NCBI GenBank assembly: GCA_044892505.1
Contig: CM097882.1
Location: 20,646,001 to 20,710,000 of the forward strand
Direction: 5' to 3'
DNA from: Schmidtea nova
Lineage: Eukaryota
Length of the DNA stretch: 64,000 bases
Shown here: piece after piece, positions 1 to 12,300 of the stretch
Position numbering within the stretch: the first letter of the stretch is position 1
Layout: each line of letters begins with the position of its first letter
The notes under the pieces: model-generated
What the model was told of the DNA's origin: nothing
The model's database searches: none
Seen by the model: only the letters and a program-made list of their open reading frames with translations
Program-made: the position numbers and the translations under genes

Positions 1-170
1 TGAGAACGTACAATCGGCCCTCTTCAGGGCCACAATTTTGCATTGTATATAAATTCAGAAAAGAATTAAAAATATGAATTTAGAATTTTATATTTTAAGT
101 TTTTTATTATTTTTTTACGTGTATTATATTTAAGTTTATTTTTGTTTTAAGTTTTAAGTTTATTATAATT

Positions 171-755
171 NNNNNNNNNNNNNNNNNNNNNNNNNNNNNN
201 NNNNNNNNNNNNNNNNNNNNNNNNNNNNNNNNNNNNNNNNNNNNNNNNNNNNNNNNNNNNNNNNNNNNNNNNNNNNNNNNNNNNNNNNNNNNNNNNNNNN
301 NNNNNNNNNNNNNNNNNNNNNNNNNNNNNNNNNNNNNNNNNNNNNNNNNNNNNNNNNNNNNNNNNNNNNNNNNNNNNNNNNNNNNNNNNNNNNNNNNNNN
401 NNNNNNNNNNNNNNNNNNNNNNNNNNNNNNNNNNNNNNNNNNNNNNNNNNNNNNNNNNNNNNNNNNNNNNNNNNNNNNNNNNNNNNNNNNNNNNNNNNNN
501 NNNNNNNNNNNNNNNNNNNNNNNNNNNNNNNNNNNNNNNNNNNNNNNNNNNNNNNNNNNNNNNNNNNNNNNNNNNNNNNNNNNNNNNNNNNNNNNNNNNN
601 NNNNNNNNNNNNNNNNNNNNNNNNNNNNNNNNNNNNNNNNNNNNNNNNNNNNNNNNNNNNNNNNNNNNNNNNNNNNNNNNNNNNNNNNNNNNNNNNNNNN
701 NNNNNNNNNNNNNNNNNNNNNNNNNNNNNNNNNNNNNNNNNNNNNNNNNNNNNNN
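171..755. other. assembly gap (N run)
   Basis: Continuous Ns. Confidence 0.99.
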
Positions 756-901
756 ATTTGGATTTTTTCCGATCATTTTGGAATTAAATTAATTAATTTA
801 TTAATTGATTTAATATTTTTCAATCAATTTCGATATTTTATCAATCATTTTGGAATATTAAAAATTAATTTAATTCCAAAATGATCGGAAAAAATCCAAA
901 T
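756..901. repeat. inverted repeat / foldback, left arm cut by the gap
   Basis: 756-794 ATTTGGATTTTTTCCGATCATTTTGGAATTAAATTAATT is the exact reverse complement of 863-901 (39 bp). Confidence 0.8.
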
Positions 902-2873
902 AGATCGAAAAACCCTATATTACCACGTGGTACTTTTAAAAATCAAATTTTGGAACATTAAAATTGATTCAAATATTCCTTATGCAAATTATAAAAGTCG
1001 CTATAAGAAGAAAGACTGATCAATTTTACACATAGGGCAAATCAGGTATGTGATGGAGGTATGGATGTTGGAATAGTAACTTTTCATCGAATCGTGTCAG
1101 ATTTTATCATGAATCAATGCATTACAGTATTTCGAATATAATCTACCTATTAAAAGATTTTGCATAAATAATTAATTATCATATATTAAAATAAAGTGTG
1201 TATCTGCACACATAAATATCGATAAATTAAAAAATATTAAAATGTTAAACGAAATCTGATTGGTTAATTTTAAATTATGAAAACATATATAAATGATTAA
1301 TAATATACAGATATCATTAAAAATGTATCAACTTAAAAGTAAGTTTAATTAATTTTAAATGATTATTTTTAATATTTTATTTTAGAATATTCGAACAAAA
1401 AGATGTTGAAACAAGAAGTATTGGAAATTATTTTTGAAGAAAATTCGATTTCGGCAGTGAATTTGGTTAGGAATCCAGCAGTTTTTTTTCTGCAATACTC
1501 GATGGAATATTTGAAATTTCCAATCATTTATTCATTTAAAGTATACATTTATTTAATAAAAAACAAAATTTATAATAATTTCTTTATAGTAACCTGTTAC
1601 ATTGAAACAATGCATGTACAATCTTCAAGTGGGAAAAATTGGAGATAATAACAGTAAAAATATTTCAGAAATTTTGTTAGCAATCAACAAAGAAATAAAA
1701 ATTTAATGAAGCTTTTACCTATATGAATTGCAATAAAGATTGTAATTTAAAAAATCCTAATGAAAATTCGATTTATCAAATTGAGATAATCATTCAAGGC
1801 TTCAAAGAATTTCAATGTGTAGTCAGACCTGTTTGGAAAATTATCGAAACAAATTTATGTGAATAAAATTTATTTATCAAATCTTGTCTTTTCATTATAA
1901 TCTTTTGTTTTGGTTAATTAAAATTTTTAATAACAAGTATTTAATGTGATAAATTTATTACCAAGTACTTAAAATCAATTAGTTTTTTTATTAAAAAATA
2001 ATTAATTTTTATTATCATAATTTTTCTAAATTGATTTTGTTTTAATAATTGATTATACGTTTAAAATTAAAATTAATTTTCTTGAATTATTCCCCGGCAA
2101 CAGTAATTATTTCGGAATATGGTATATATTCGAATGCTACATCCTTAGATTATTTGAAGCGTTGAATCATTTATTCAGGTATGCAATCAATCATGTAATT
2201 ATTAAGTATTGCACAATATTATCTTTATGTTATGATTACATAATCATATAATGTTATGTAACTATTTATATAGCCTCAAAACCCAGGGGGTTTTACGAAA
2301 TTTATACAGTTTAGGGATAAATGGCTTGTGTGAGAGCGCTCACTTCCCTCTACTTGCTAGAAACTAAAAAATTGATGATTTGGTGCACATAGTCAATATT
2401 ATAGTACTGAAATATTAAAACAATCCAGATCCGACTGATGTTTAATGTCAGTAACAATAGTAGGAACTGTGCGCACTGGAGACAAAAGAAATGAGTCATC
2501 GCAAAGACTTTACCCCTCTAAGGGGGTAAAAAATTTTAATATTCTTTTCAATGTTTTTTATGACTCATTGATGACTTATCGATGACTTATTTCAAATTCA
2601 AATTTTAAATTTTAATTTTAATTTGAAGGTCAACTCTTCAAACAAGGGTATCATTCGAAAAGTATTAAATAGGTCTTTACAAAGGTCATCCCACGAAGGT
2701 TTACGCAGGGTCCTGAACTTTCAAAAGATCAATAACCTTCAAACCCTATAATACATACATAATTCGAAAGGTAAATGAAGAATGAGTATGCTGGTCATAA
2801 AAGGTCAAAAGGTTCAAGGTTAAAAATTTAAAAAAATGTATAATATATGTATCAAACAAAAGGTAATTGAGAG

Positions 2874-3223
2874 NNNNNNNNNNNNNNNNNNNNNNNNNNN
2901 NNNNNNNNNNNNNNNNNNNNNNNNNNNNNNNNNNNNNNNNNNNNNNNNNNNNNNNNNNNNNNNNNNNNNNNNNNNNNNNNNNNNNNNNNNNNNNNNNNNN
3001 NNNNNNNNNNNNNNNNNNNNNNNNNNNNNNNNNNNNNNNNNNNNNNNNNNNNNNNNNNNNNNNNNNNNNNNNNNNNNNNNNNNNNNNNNNNNNNNNNNNN
3101 NNNNNNNNNNNNNNNNNNNNNNNNNNNNNNNNNNNNNNNNNNNNNNNNNNNNNNNNNNNNNNNNNNNNNNNNNNNNNNNNNNNNNNNNNNNNNNNNNNNN
3201 NNNNNNNNNNNNNNNNNNNNNNN
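2874..3223. other. assembly gap (N run)
   Basis: Continuous Ns. Confidence 0.99.
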
Positions 3224-4112
3224 TTACAACAAGTAAACTTTGATCAAGAAATAACTAAAATTTTACTATTCAAATTTATTAAACTACAATTATGCATAGC
3301 GTGCACTGTTAATTCTCCAAATTGGAGTAAAAACATCCTTTTTATCGATTTATATCCTTGAATAATAATAATGAACCAGAGTTCTTGATTCTGTATTCGA
3401 CTAATTGGTAAGCATCATGAAAACGAGTTTTTCTGTTATTGATAAAAATATTTTCTTTGCTACTTGAATTATTATTGATTTTTAATAAAACTTTATTTAG
3501 AGCAACAATATCTTCTTTATTAATAATTGCAGCTAAACTGTCATACAAAGACTTTGTTAATTTCAGTAGATACGACAAACGAAACGGAATTTCTTCTACC
3601 AAGAAAAACATTTTGTAATCATAATACATTTAAACTGGTTTAACTTCAGTCTTGATTTTTCTTTCTTCACTGGTATCATAAGTTGATTTGCGTGACTACA
3701 TTTAATAAATTGTAACAATATCCTAAAATTATAGTGATTACTATATTTCTTTATCCAATCAGAATCATGCATTTGTATTGTACATATTATGTCTGTCTTT
3801 GTTATGTGTAATGTCTTTGTTGTATGTGTGAAATTACTGCATCTCTGTTTATATTCATGTTTTATTATTTCTTTATTTATTAAACTTATTTTTCACATCT
3901 GACTTAATAAAATCATTTAAATCTTTAATAAAATCTTTTTAAATATGAATAACAAATTAATAATAAAAAACAACTCTATAAATTATTAAAAATTTATTAA
4001 ACTCATTTTTTAAAATAACTTAATAAAAATAATTTCAAAATTACTTATTAAAAACACTATAATAAACCAAATTAACTAAAAAACAAAGTAAATATGAAAA
4101 CATTTAATAAAA

Positions 4113-4114
<2 letters not shown>

Positions 4115-4197
<83 letters not shown>
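4115..4197. repeat. (AAT)n microsatellite
   Basis: About 27 perfect AAT units. Confidence 0.97.
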
Positions 4198-4200
<3 letters not shown>

Positions 4201-4464
4201 TGATAATAATAATAACATATTTTTAAATAATTAAGATCTTTATTTAAAATATCTAATTTACTTATAAAAAATTATTTTAAACTTATTTCATTTACTTAAA
4301 AAACAAATTATTTAAAAAACTTAAAGTAAAAAAAATAACAAAAATAAGATAATAAATTTATTCAATATTAATACATAAAATTATAACTACATAAAATGAT
4401 AACTACATTGAAAACCACAATGATAAAAAAGACATAAAATAACAATACATTTATAAAATATTGT

Positions 4465-5007
4465 TCAATCAGTGGATTGACTGCAAACTCTGAATTGTGA
4501 ATGGTCGGAATCAGGAACATCTGGGACAGCATTGTCATCATTGTTATCAGGAACATCATCAATCTTACGATGACATTCATCGCAATCGGGAGATTGGGGT
4601 GATTCAATTGGACATTCATTGCAATTTAACGGATCCTGACAGTCGTGCAATTCATCTCAATTTTTTGGCTTGTTGCAATCTATCAATTCATAGGAAGTGC
4701 AGTTTTTCCATTCTTCTTTTCCTTCGTTTTCTTTTTCAATAGCTGAATCCAACTCGAATTTTTGAAGGGCTTTCTCAATATCCAAATCCGATATTTTTCT
4801 ATCCGACCATGACAACCCCCGCATATTTATGCACAAAAAATATGCTCTCCTAGTCTTAAAATATATCGGATATTTACCACTTCTATCAATAATTTGCTGT
4901 GGTTTCTCCTTTGGAAAATTCGTGTGCGATACATAAGTCTTACCTTTATAATTTATGTTACTAATCATTAATAAAAATATTTTTAAATATGACAATAATG
5001 AAAACAA
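4465..5007 (-). pseudogene. hypothetical ORF fragments (116 aa + 61 aa Cys/Asp-rich), possibly a Polinton accessory gene
   Basis: Two adjacent minus-strand ORFs with less AT-skewed composition, head-to-head with the ATPase remnant. No recognised domain. Confidence 0.3.
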
Positions 5008-5060
5008 CTATTATTTAAAACACACATAAACAATATTAATAAGTTAATAAAATTAGAAAT

Positions 5061-5630
5061 ATGGAATTAAGAAATGACGTAGTGTTTCAAATTATTGGCT
5101 TGAGCGGGAGTGGAAAAACTTTATTTGTTTGTAAATTATTAAGTTTAATAAAATTTATTGGCATAGGGGGGCGGATGATGAACATGGAATGACTCAAGAT
5201 CAATTTTGTAAAATAAAAATGACAATCATAAAAAGTTTCAATAAAAATTGGTCATCTAGATTACGACAAGGTGATGTGATTATTATTGATGACCTGTATC
5301 AAGAAGCAAAAAAAGAAAATGGTTTTAATAATTTATTTACAAAATTTGCTAGACACAAGGGTGTTGCAATTGCTTTTATTACTAAAGTTTTATTTTATCG
5401 GAATTTAAATGTTCAATATCTTGTTGTTTTTAAAAATCCTAGAGATGCAACAGTTTTTGATTTTCTGGCAAGACAAGCTTAACCTTCTAATCGTAACTTC
5501 TTGATTGGTGCATTCCAAGATGCTACAAAAGGTCCTCATGGATATGTTTTTCTTGATTTAACACAACAATGATTTGAGTTAGGCCAGATATTTTTAACAA
5601 GAAAGGAGCCATGGTTTATAAACAAAGTTA
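5061..5630 (+). pseudogene. Polinton packaging ATPase (A32/FtsK-like), frameshifted
   Basis: MELRNDVVFQIIGLSGSGKT (Walker A) from 5061; VIIIDDL (Walker B), FTKFARHK and YLVVFKNPRD in ORF 5189-5482; GYVFLDL downstream; stops and frameshifts present. Confidence 0.85.
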
Positions 5631-6081
5631 ATTTGATGTATATTATCAATCATGTTAATGAAATCTCGTGTAAGGTTTTCGCGTTTAATAAATGCTAGAA
5701 AAACAAAGTAATTAACAAAAACAAAGAAAATCGGAAAAACAAAGACAACAAAGAAACAAGTTTCAAAAACCAGTTATACGCAACCGACACAATTACTTAT
5801 TGATAATATTCCAAAGAGTAATTGTATTCAAAATACTTTAAAAATAAAGCCGAAGCAAATATAATATCGTAGTTTCCCATTTTTAATGCATTACTTGAAG
5901 TCCTAGTATTAGAAAAATAATTATTTTACAATCTTAACCCAATTACTTTATTGACAATTTACTAACGATTTTAATTAAAGTCGTTTAAGGTAAAATCAAT
6001 AAAAGTGAATCTAATAGAAGGGTTTTGAATAAACACAAGAAACCTTTATTATCACTTGTAAAAACAAAAATTAAAACTTTA

Positions 6082-6170
6082 ATGCGTAAAATAATATATA
6101 AACAACAAGGTAGATTTATTGCAGCATTGTTACCATTAGCATTATCACTATTGGGAGGTGTTGTTTTATT
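6082..6170 (+). pseudogene. small Polinton ORF end with adenovirus pX/mu-like hydrophobic motif
   Basis: Translates RKIIYKQQGRFIAALLPLALSLLGGV, resembling the GG(F/I)LPLL motif of adenoviral core-protein precursors. Confidence 0.4.
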
Positions 6171-6241
6171 AGGAAAACGGTTATAAACAATGAGACACTC
6201 TTTGCCTTATTTTAATTTAATCTTTAAATCTTCTAGTTGCA

Positions 6242-7101
6242 ATGAAGAAGATATGGACTAGCTCAAAGTACGAAGCTGGTTTTGGCGGATTCGAAAAGCT
6301 AAAAGAATCGAATTCGAAAAAACAGACTCAAAGTTGGTTATTGAAACAACTTGCATACGGTCTAAACAAACCGATGCTGTAACGCTTTCCGACTCGAGCA
6401 TATAAAACATATAGAATTAATGATTTGTGTCAAATGGATTTGATGGAAATGATTCAGTATTCAAAATTTAACAAATGATACAAATATATTTTAACATGTA
6501 TTGATGTTTACAGTCGTTTGCTTGTGCTAAAGGGAATTAATCATTACTCGGTATTCTCTCAATTCAAAGCAGCACATGTTGAAAGATTTAATCGTACCTT
6601 GAGAGATGGTCTCAAAAAATATTTTGTACATCAAGAAAATAAAACATGGATAAATGTTTGACCACAAATGATTCATAGTTATAATCATTCTGCTCATCGA
6701 GGTATAATGGAAAGAAACCTGTTGAAGTAATTATTAGTGAAAATATTTTAAAGGATACAAAAATAACGAAACCAAAATATAAAAAAGATATTCATGTTCG
6801 AATTAGTAAAATTAGTGCATCACAATTCATTAAAGATTTTGATAGTAATTGGAGCGATGAGGTATTTAAAATATCGAAAATCAACACAGTCCAGAATCTT
6901 GACATTCATACTATCTCTGACTCTGATTACAATATAGTCAGTGGAAAATGCTATGAACAAGAAATACAAGTTACTCCCCCTCCCAAAATATTAAAAATTC
7001 AAAATATATTGAAAACTAAAATAGTCGGAAAAGATAAATAATACTTTGTCAAATGGCATAGATATAAAGAAGCATCATGGATATCATCAAAAACCTCGTG
7101 A
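6242..7101 (+). pseudogene. retroviral-type (rve) integrase with C-terminal chromodomain, Polinton type
   Basis: Fragments GFGGFEKL, QMDLMEM, YILTCIDVYSR, AAHVERFNRTL, SYNHSAHRGI, YFVKWHRYKEASWI; several in-frame stops. Confidence 0.9.
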
Positions 7102-7120
7102 AATAAATATATTATTTTAC

Positions 7121-8150
7121 CATTTATATATATACGATTTTACCAAGTAATAGTTATTTCGATATACATCCAGATAATACTGCCAGTAAATTCATGATCA
7201 ATCTACAAAATCAGATTTATTTAGACTATTTGGGAAGTCGCTCTCTTGGACTTTACATTTGTGTAAAATCAATTTCCATTTTATAGTAAAGTCAAAACTG
7301 AAGACAAAAAGAAAACGTTGCAGTCAAAATATAAAAATAATGTAATTAACAATGAACTATTTGAAGTTTATATATCTAATCCTGTCGATGATATTGCTCA
7401 AATATCAAGCGAGAAGCAATTTCTTTATTTCACTAGTGATTATTATCCCTTCACTATAACATTTGATACTTTGGCAATGGCAAAAAGATTGGAATTTCCG
7501 AAACAGAGTTATCAAGTACTGCAGATACATACAAGATGTGGTTACCTGGATATTCCAAAGTTGGAGAAAAATTGGAAAATATTAGAATAAGGATAGAGTA
7601 TAAGGCTGATACTACATTTACATATACTTTAAACGATAACTTATACATATCGAAATTGGATGAAATGCAATAATATTTGATTCAAAATTGTGATAGTATT
7701 TTTAAATCATTGGAATAAGTAGATGATACTTACATCAAATTCAGTTTGAATCCGCGTATAAATGAAATTAATTTTGACAGAAACCCCGTAAAAACACTAG
7801 GATTAGCAAAAGCAACATATGCTCTAGATGGAAATTTCAATGTAGGAATAAATAAACAGAAAATAAATAAACTTCATCAACAAATGTTCATTTACAGTAA
7901 TATATTCAATCCTATAATTGTTGGCGATTCATTAGTTCCCATGTTAAAATCAGTATGGATTGAAAAACATGAACAGACTGAAGTTGTTCAAATACAAGTA
8001 GAAAATCCAATGTATATAACGGTTTCAACTTCTGTATAAACAATATAGAAATAAATATCAGAGATGATAGAAGTGATTTAATAAACTTTCCAAAAGATTC
8101 AAAAGCTCATTTGACTCAACAGTATCGAAAAAGAGATGAGTAATCCCGAT
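7121..8150 (+). pseudogene. Polinton minor capsid (penton)-like gene
   Basis: N-terminal ILPSNSYFDIHPDNTASKF and WEVALLD; C-terminal MFIYSNIFNPIIVGDSLVPML, NPMYITV, NIEINIRDD; broken by stops and frameshifts. Confidence 0.7.
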
Positions 8151-8508
8151 ATAATTTCATGGTACAGTAATAGTCAAACTGGTGATGAAACAATCAATAT
8201 TTAAAAAACATTAATTTTTGAGAAATTTCAAAAGGTTGTAAAGCTTGTCATCAAAATTAAAAGATGAGTTTTTGTTTGTTTGAATAATTTTTTATGAGAA
8301 TATCGTGAAATATTTGTTTTTTTCAAAGACGTAAAAATTTGAATGATATTTAAAAATGCACAACTAGACGTGAAAGATAGAAATGATTGAGTTTGAAGGA
8401 TTTGGAATTTCAAAATGATTCATGTGTTTTATTGTGTAATATCTTATAAATTAAAAAATTTCATTGTTTGCTTTATTGATGATTCAAAACTGATTTTAAG
8501 AAAATATA

Positions 8509-8580
8509 TGCCCCCAGAGAGAATTGAACTCTCGACCCCTGGTTTACGAGACCAGTGCTCTACCTCTGAGCTATAGGGGC
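8509..8580 (-). tRNA. tRNA-Thr(CGT), type X
   Basis: GCCCCTATAGCTCAGAGGTAGAGCACTGGTCTCGTAAACCAGGGGTCGAGAGTTCAATTCTCTCTGGGGGCA; full cloverleaf, anticodon CGT. Confidence 0.96.
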
Positions 8581-8740
8581 TTAATATTTGAAACTTTGAA
8601 ACTTATTTTTAAACAATCAATCTTTGAAAACATTAATTTTTGACATATTTCGAAAGGTTGTAAAGCTTGTCAAATAAAATTGAAATTAATTCAAGGTATT
8701 TTGACTTTATTCTAAATCTTTTAAATCAAAAAAAATAAAA

Positions 8741-8783
8741 TGCCCCCAGAGAGATTTGAACTCTCGACCCCTGGTTTACAAGA
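8741..8783 (-). pseudogene. 3' half of tRNA-Thr(TGT), type Y, interrupted by element A1
   Basis: tRNA nt 30-72 joined to the element 3' end; 5' half absent. Confidence 0.95.
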
Positions 8784-9304
8784 TTAAACATTTATTATGA
8801 TAACAAATTTTAGATTGTACACAAATGAGTCGGTTCAACTTGGAACCTGCCATTCAAATCAATAATGTTTTAATGAGACAATTTTAAGTTTTTGTAATAT
8901 CATATTGCGAAAATATCTGTCTCAAGAAATCAAATCTCTTTGAATCTTCTCTGGCATTCTCTAATTTTCATCGGGTTATCATTCCGGCTTTGCGATTTCA
9001 AGTGGAGAATAGTATCAAAATTGAAGTTCTCGCAGCTGCATTTTCTTAGCATTTAATAATCAATCAGCAGAAATATTGAATTCTCTGATTTGCAGGACAG
9101 TTGAATACAATATGATCTCGATGATAGATATTATTTCAAATGCTTTTTTTTCTAAATTAAAAATAGAGCAATTCTCTGAATAAAGATTAGGATAATAAAC
9201 TTTAATGACTTTCAAGGCAGTCAAGAAATGACTAACGGAAAAAATGAATTACACAAAACAGAAAAATAATGATAATGCTCATAATTTCGCAATAGAAATA
9301 ATTT

Positions 9305-12300
9305 TTATGTGGTTGGAAGAAAACCAGTAGCATGAAAATGCCATGTTTTGGCAGAGTGCGAGATGTTACTAAGTGCACATGCTTTCAATAGATCGGATAT
9401 TTTCGAAATCTTTACACCCATTTTTTCAAGAACATCATTAGTTGCTGGTGGAACAGATCCTAAAGAACCAATTATACAAGTGTACAAGTCAACTGTAAAG
9501 TTTGGTTTAGCTGATTTAATTTTCAATTTTAGAGATTCATATTTTTCTATATTTCTTTTATTGACATCATCAAAATTTGCTATTGTGTCAAAGGGACACT
9601 TTACGTCAACCATGAGAATTGTCTTTTTGTCATTGTTGGTAATAATTAAATCAACTCGTTCTTTAGAGTCGCGAACTAACGAACATGCATGGTCCACTAC
9701 AACAATCAATTTAGGGTCTTTTAAATGTTGAGTAATCTGTTCGAGACAGTCGTTGTGACGCGAAAGTGCAAGAATTTGATGAACTTTACAATTTTGTAGG
9801 ACATGTCCACAAGTTTCTTCATCTTTATGACAACGTCGACAAATCCTCTCATCAGGTTTTCTATATGGTTTTGCGAAATTAGCTAGAGTATTTGTTCTGG
9901 CACGATGGATGAATTTCCAAGAACCTTCACGCAATTTCCCTCTAAATATCGCTTTGTTTATGTCGGGAGATAAGCTAGATGCTGATGAGCCACTTATGTT
10001 ACTATTTTTCAATTTAGTAAAATAAGAGTCATAGAGAGCAAGGTGCAAAATCTTTGAGATGGCTTTTCGGTTTAAGCACTTCAATATAATTGTGCCATTT
10101 GTAATTGTTGTGAGACGAATGATGGGTTCGTTTTCCAACACTTCAAACGATATTGTTATTTTGTGTGTCTTTTCAAAATATTGAATTGCTGTGCGTGGTC
10201 GGTAAAATCGGGTTTTCTTTCCCGAATGTTGTTTAATCATGTTGGCTCCATTAATCCAACTGAAGCTTTCTTGTAGCGATGGGTTGTTAATTCCAAGTCG
10301 AGGCCCAGTTACAAACTTTAGTGAATCTATATTTATCTTTTTTGCCAAAGGACAGATTGAAGTAAAAAGTCTAAAGAAATGACTGATGGTTTGTGTGTGA
10401 TATTCGTCGAGTAGATCAATACAAGAAGCACCTCCATTTTCAATAGAGTTGTAAAAGTAGCTGATTTCAGAATGATCAGACAAATTCATCATTTTTCTTA
10501 AATACTTCCTAAGCTTTGTTGTACTATTACCGATATTAGCAGAAAGAGCACTAATTTTAATTTCTCTTGTTCTAAATGGGAAAATTAGACGAGAGTGTAT
10601 GAAAATCTTGTAAGCTTTCAGCTTTTGCCAGCCGTACAAGTCTGAGTCGGCAAGTTTCTTGGTATCACTAACCACCTTATCAAGGATGTCATAAGGACTT
10701 TGGTCAGGGTCTTCACCAATCGGTACTCCAAGATATTCATAAAATTCTTTATTTAATAATTTCTTAATGATTGTATTGTCGACAGTTATCTCACTTGTTG
10801 TATTGAAACTTGGAAGTTGAATAAATGCACATTTTTCTGGTCGATACTCAAAGCCTATTTCAGATGCAGTGTCGTGTGCAATGTTTATTATCATTTGCAA
10901 GTCCTTAGCATTATTAGCAATAAGAGCAATATCGTCAGCATATGCAAGAACTTGGATTGAAGATTCACCAAGTTTAAAAGGTTTGACACTTGAAAGACTA
11001 ACAGATTGAAGAACAGGATTGATTGCTATTGCAAACAAGACCATTGAAAGAGGACATCCTTGTTTAACTCCTTGTTTTATTGCAATGTTTGGTGTTACAA
11101 TCGGACCACAGGTATAGAAGGAGCTAGTTTCAGTGTACAAAAGTTTCAAAATCTTAGTAAATTTCTCACTCATTCCAATATGACGCAAAATCGCCCACAT
11201 GTAATCATGGGGTACACTACCAAAAGCGTCCTTAATGTCAAGAAATGCAATAGCAACAGGTGTATTTTTACTGTATTTCGAGTGTTCAAGACAAGATGAA
11301 AGTATGGAATTGTGTTCAACACATCCATCATGAATAGAACCTCCTTTTTGTCCAACATGAAGAACATTATTTAGATTCACCCACAGTGTCAAACGTCTAG
11401 CTAATATTGATGAGAATAATTTGTAAACAACAGATAACAAAGCAATTGGACGCCAAGATGAGATTAAAGTGTATTTATCACCCTTGTCGTGTTTAGGAAT
11501 CATTAACGTTTTGAAGGATTTCCAAACGTCTGGAATTGTATTTTCCCTAATGATTTTATTAAATAAAAAGGTCAACAATTTACCCTCTGGATCAAGAATT
11601 GCAATGTCTTTATATTGAATTCCATCAAGCCCAGGAGAAGTATTATCAGCGTTTTTCAACTCATAGAGTACCTCTTTTTCACTGATCAAATTCAGATTTA
11701 GAATATTTAAAGATTTAATTGCAAATTTAAAAACTTTGTCATGATTCTTTAAAATAGGATCTCGATGACTAAAATTATCTATGTGATCTTTATTTGTTGG
11801 TCTATCCTTTATGTCGTCACTCATAAATATTTTATTTATTGTCTTTTTCATATTTTTATTAAAAGATGACGCCAAGTTAGTATTAGATGGTTTGTCTTTA
11901 TTTGTTTTGTTTCCTAAATATGGCCTACGTAATTTAGTTAAATTGACTTCTTCTTTACTTTTGGCAATAGTAGTAATAATAAATTCCGTTATTTCGTTAA
12001 CATTTGAATTTTGTAGATTTAACAAATGCTCATTTATCAAAGTTATACGTTGATTTATTTTAAGTTTAACATGTTGCTTTTCAATTTGTAAAGGCGTTAA
12101 TGGAATTTCCATACATTCTTTTACAGGTGGTAGGAGAGAATTTACAACATAACCAATGTCATGCAAATTAATGTTTTCAAGAGACAAGTCTAGAGCGTAG
12201 TTCTTGATGAAAGCACAGGTGAGAACCCTGCTTACAAGACCAGAACCTCGAACATCATGTGGACAATTACCAGTTTTGCTACAAAGACCAGGAGATTCTC

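Larger units (their letters stand above)
5061..8150 (+). mobile_element. decayed Polinton/Maverick (adintovirus-like) remnant
   Basis: Co-oriented broken ATPase, integrase-chromodomain and penton-like genes. No pPolB, major capsid, protease or TIRs seen in the window. Confidence 0.85.

Noticed and set aside
2330-2360. Helitron-like 3' end (GTGAG-AGCG-CTCAC hairpin, then CTAG)
   Set aside because: The stem is short, the next base is A rather than T, and no 5' TC end or Rep/Hel fragment was found.
2488-2570. Nested inverted motifs (AATGAGTCAT/ATGACTCATT; TTTACCCC/GGGGTAAA)
   Set aside because: Probably a DNA-transposon fragment, but no termini or TSD could be defined and a gap follows.
147-3361. 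ORFs 147-776, 2836-3243 and 2867-3361
   Set aside because: They are open only because they run through N gaps.
3342-3629. 95-aa minus-strand ORF
   Set aside because: No recognisable motif; it may be a Polinton accessory fragment but this cannot be supported.
8741-8783. tRNA halves as SINE heads
   Set aside because: They are 3' halves at element 3' ends, embedded in normal array spacers.
8820-9010. SECIS element decoding the inter-ORF UGA as selenocysteine
   Set aside because: I could not build the AUGA/GA quartet and apical AA geometry in all three 3'UTRs; SECISearch would settle it.
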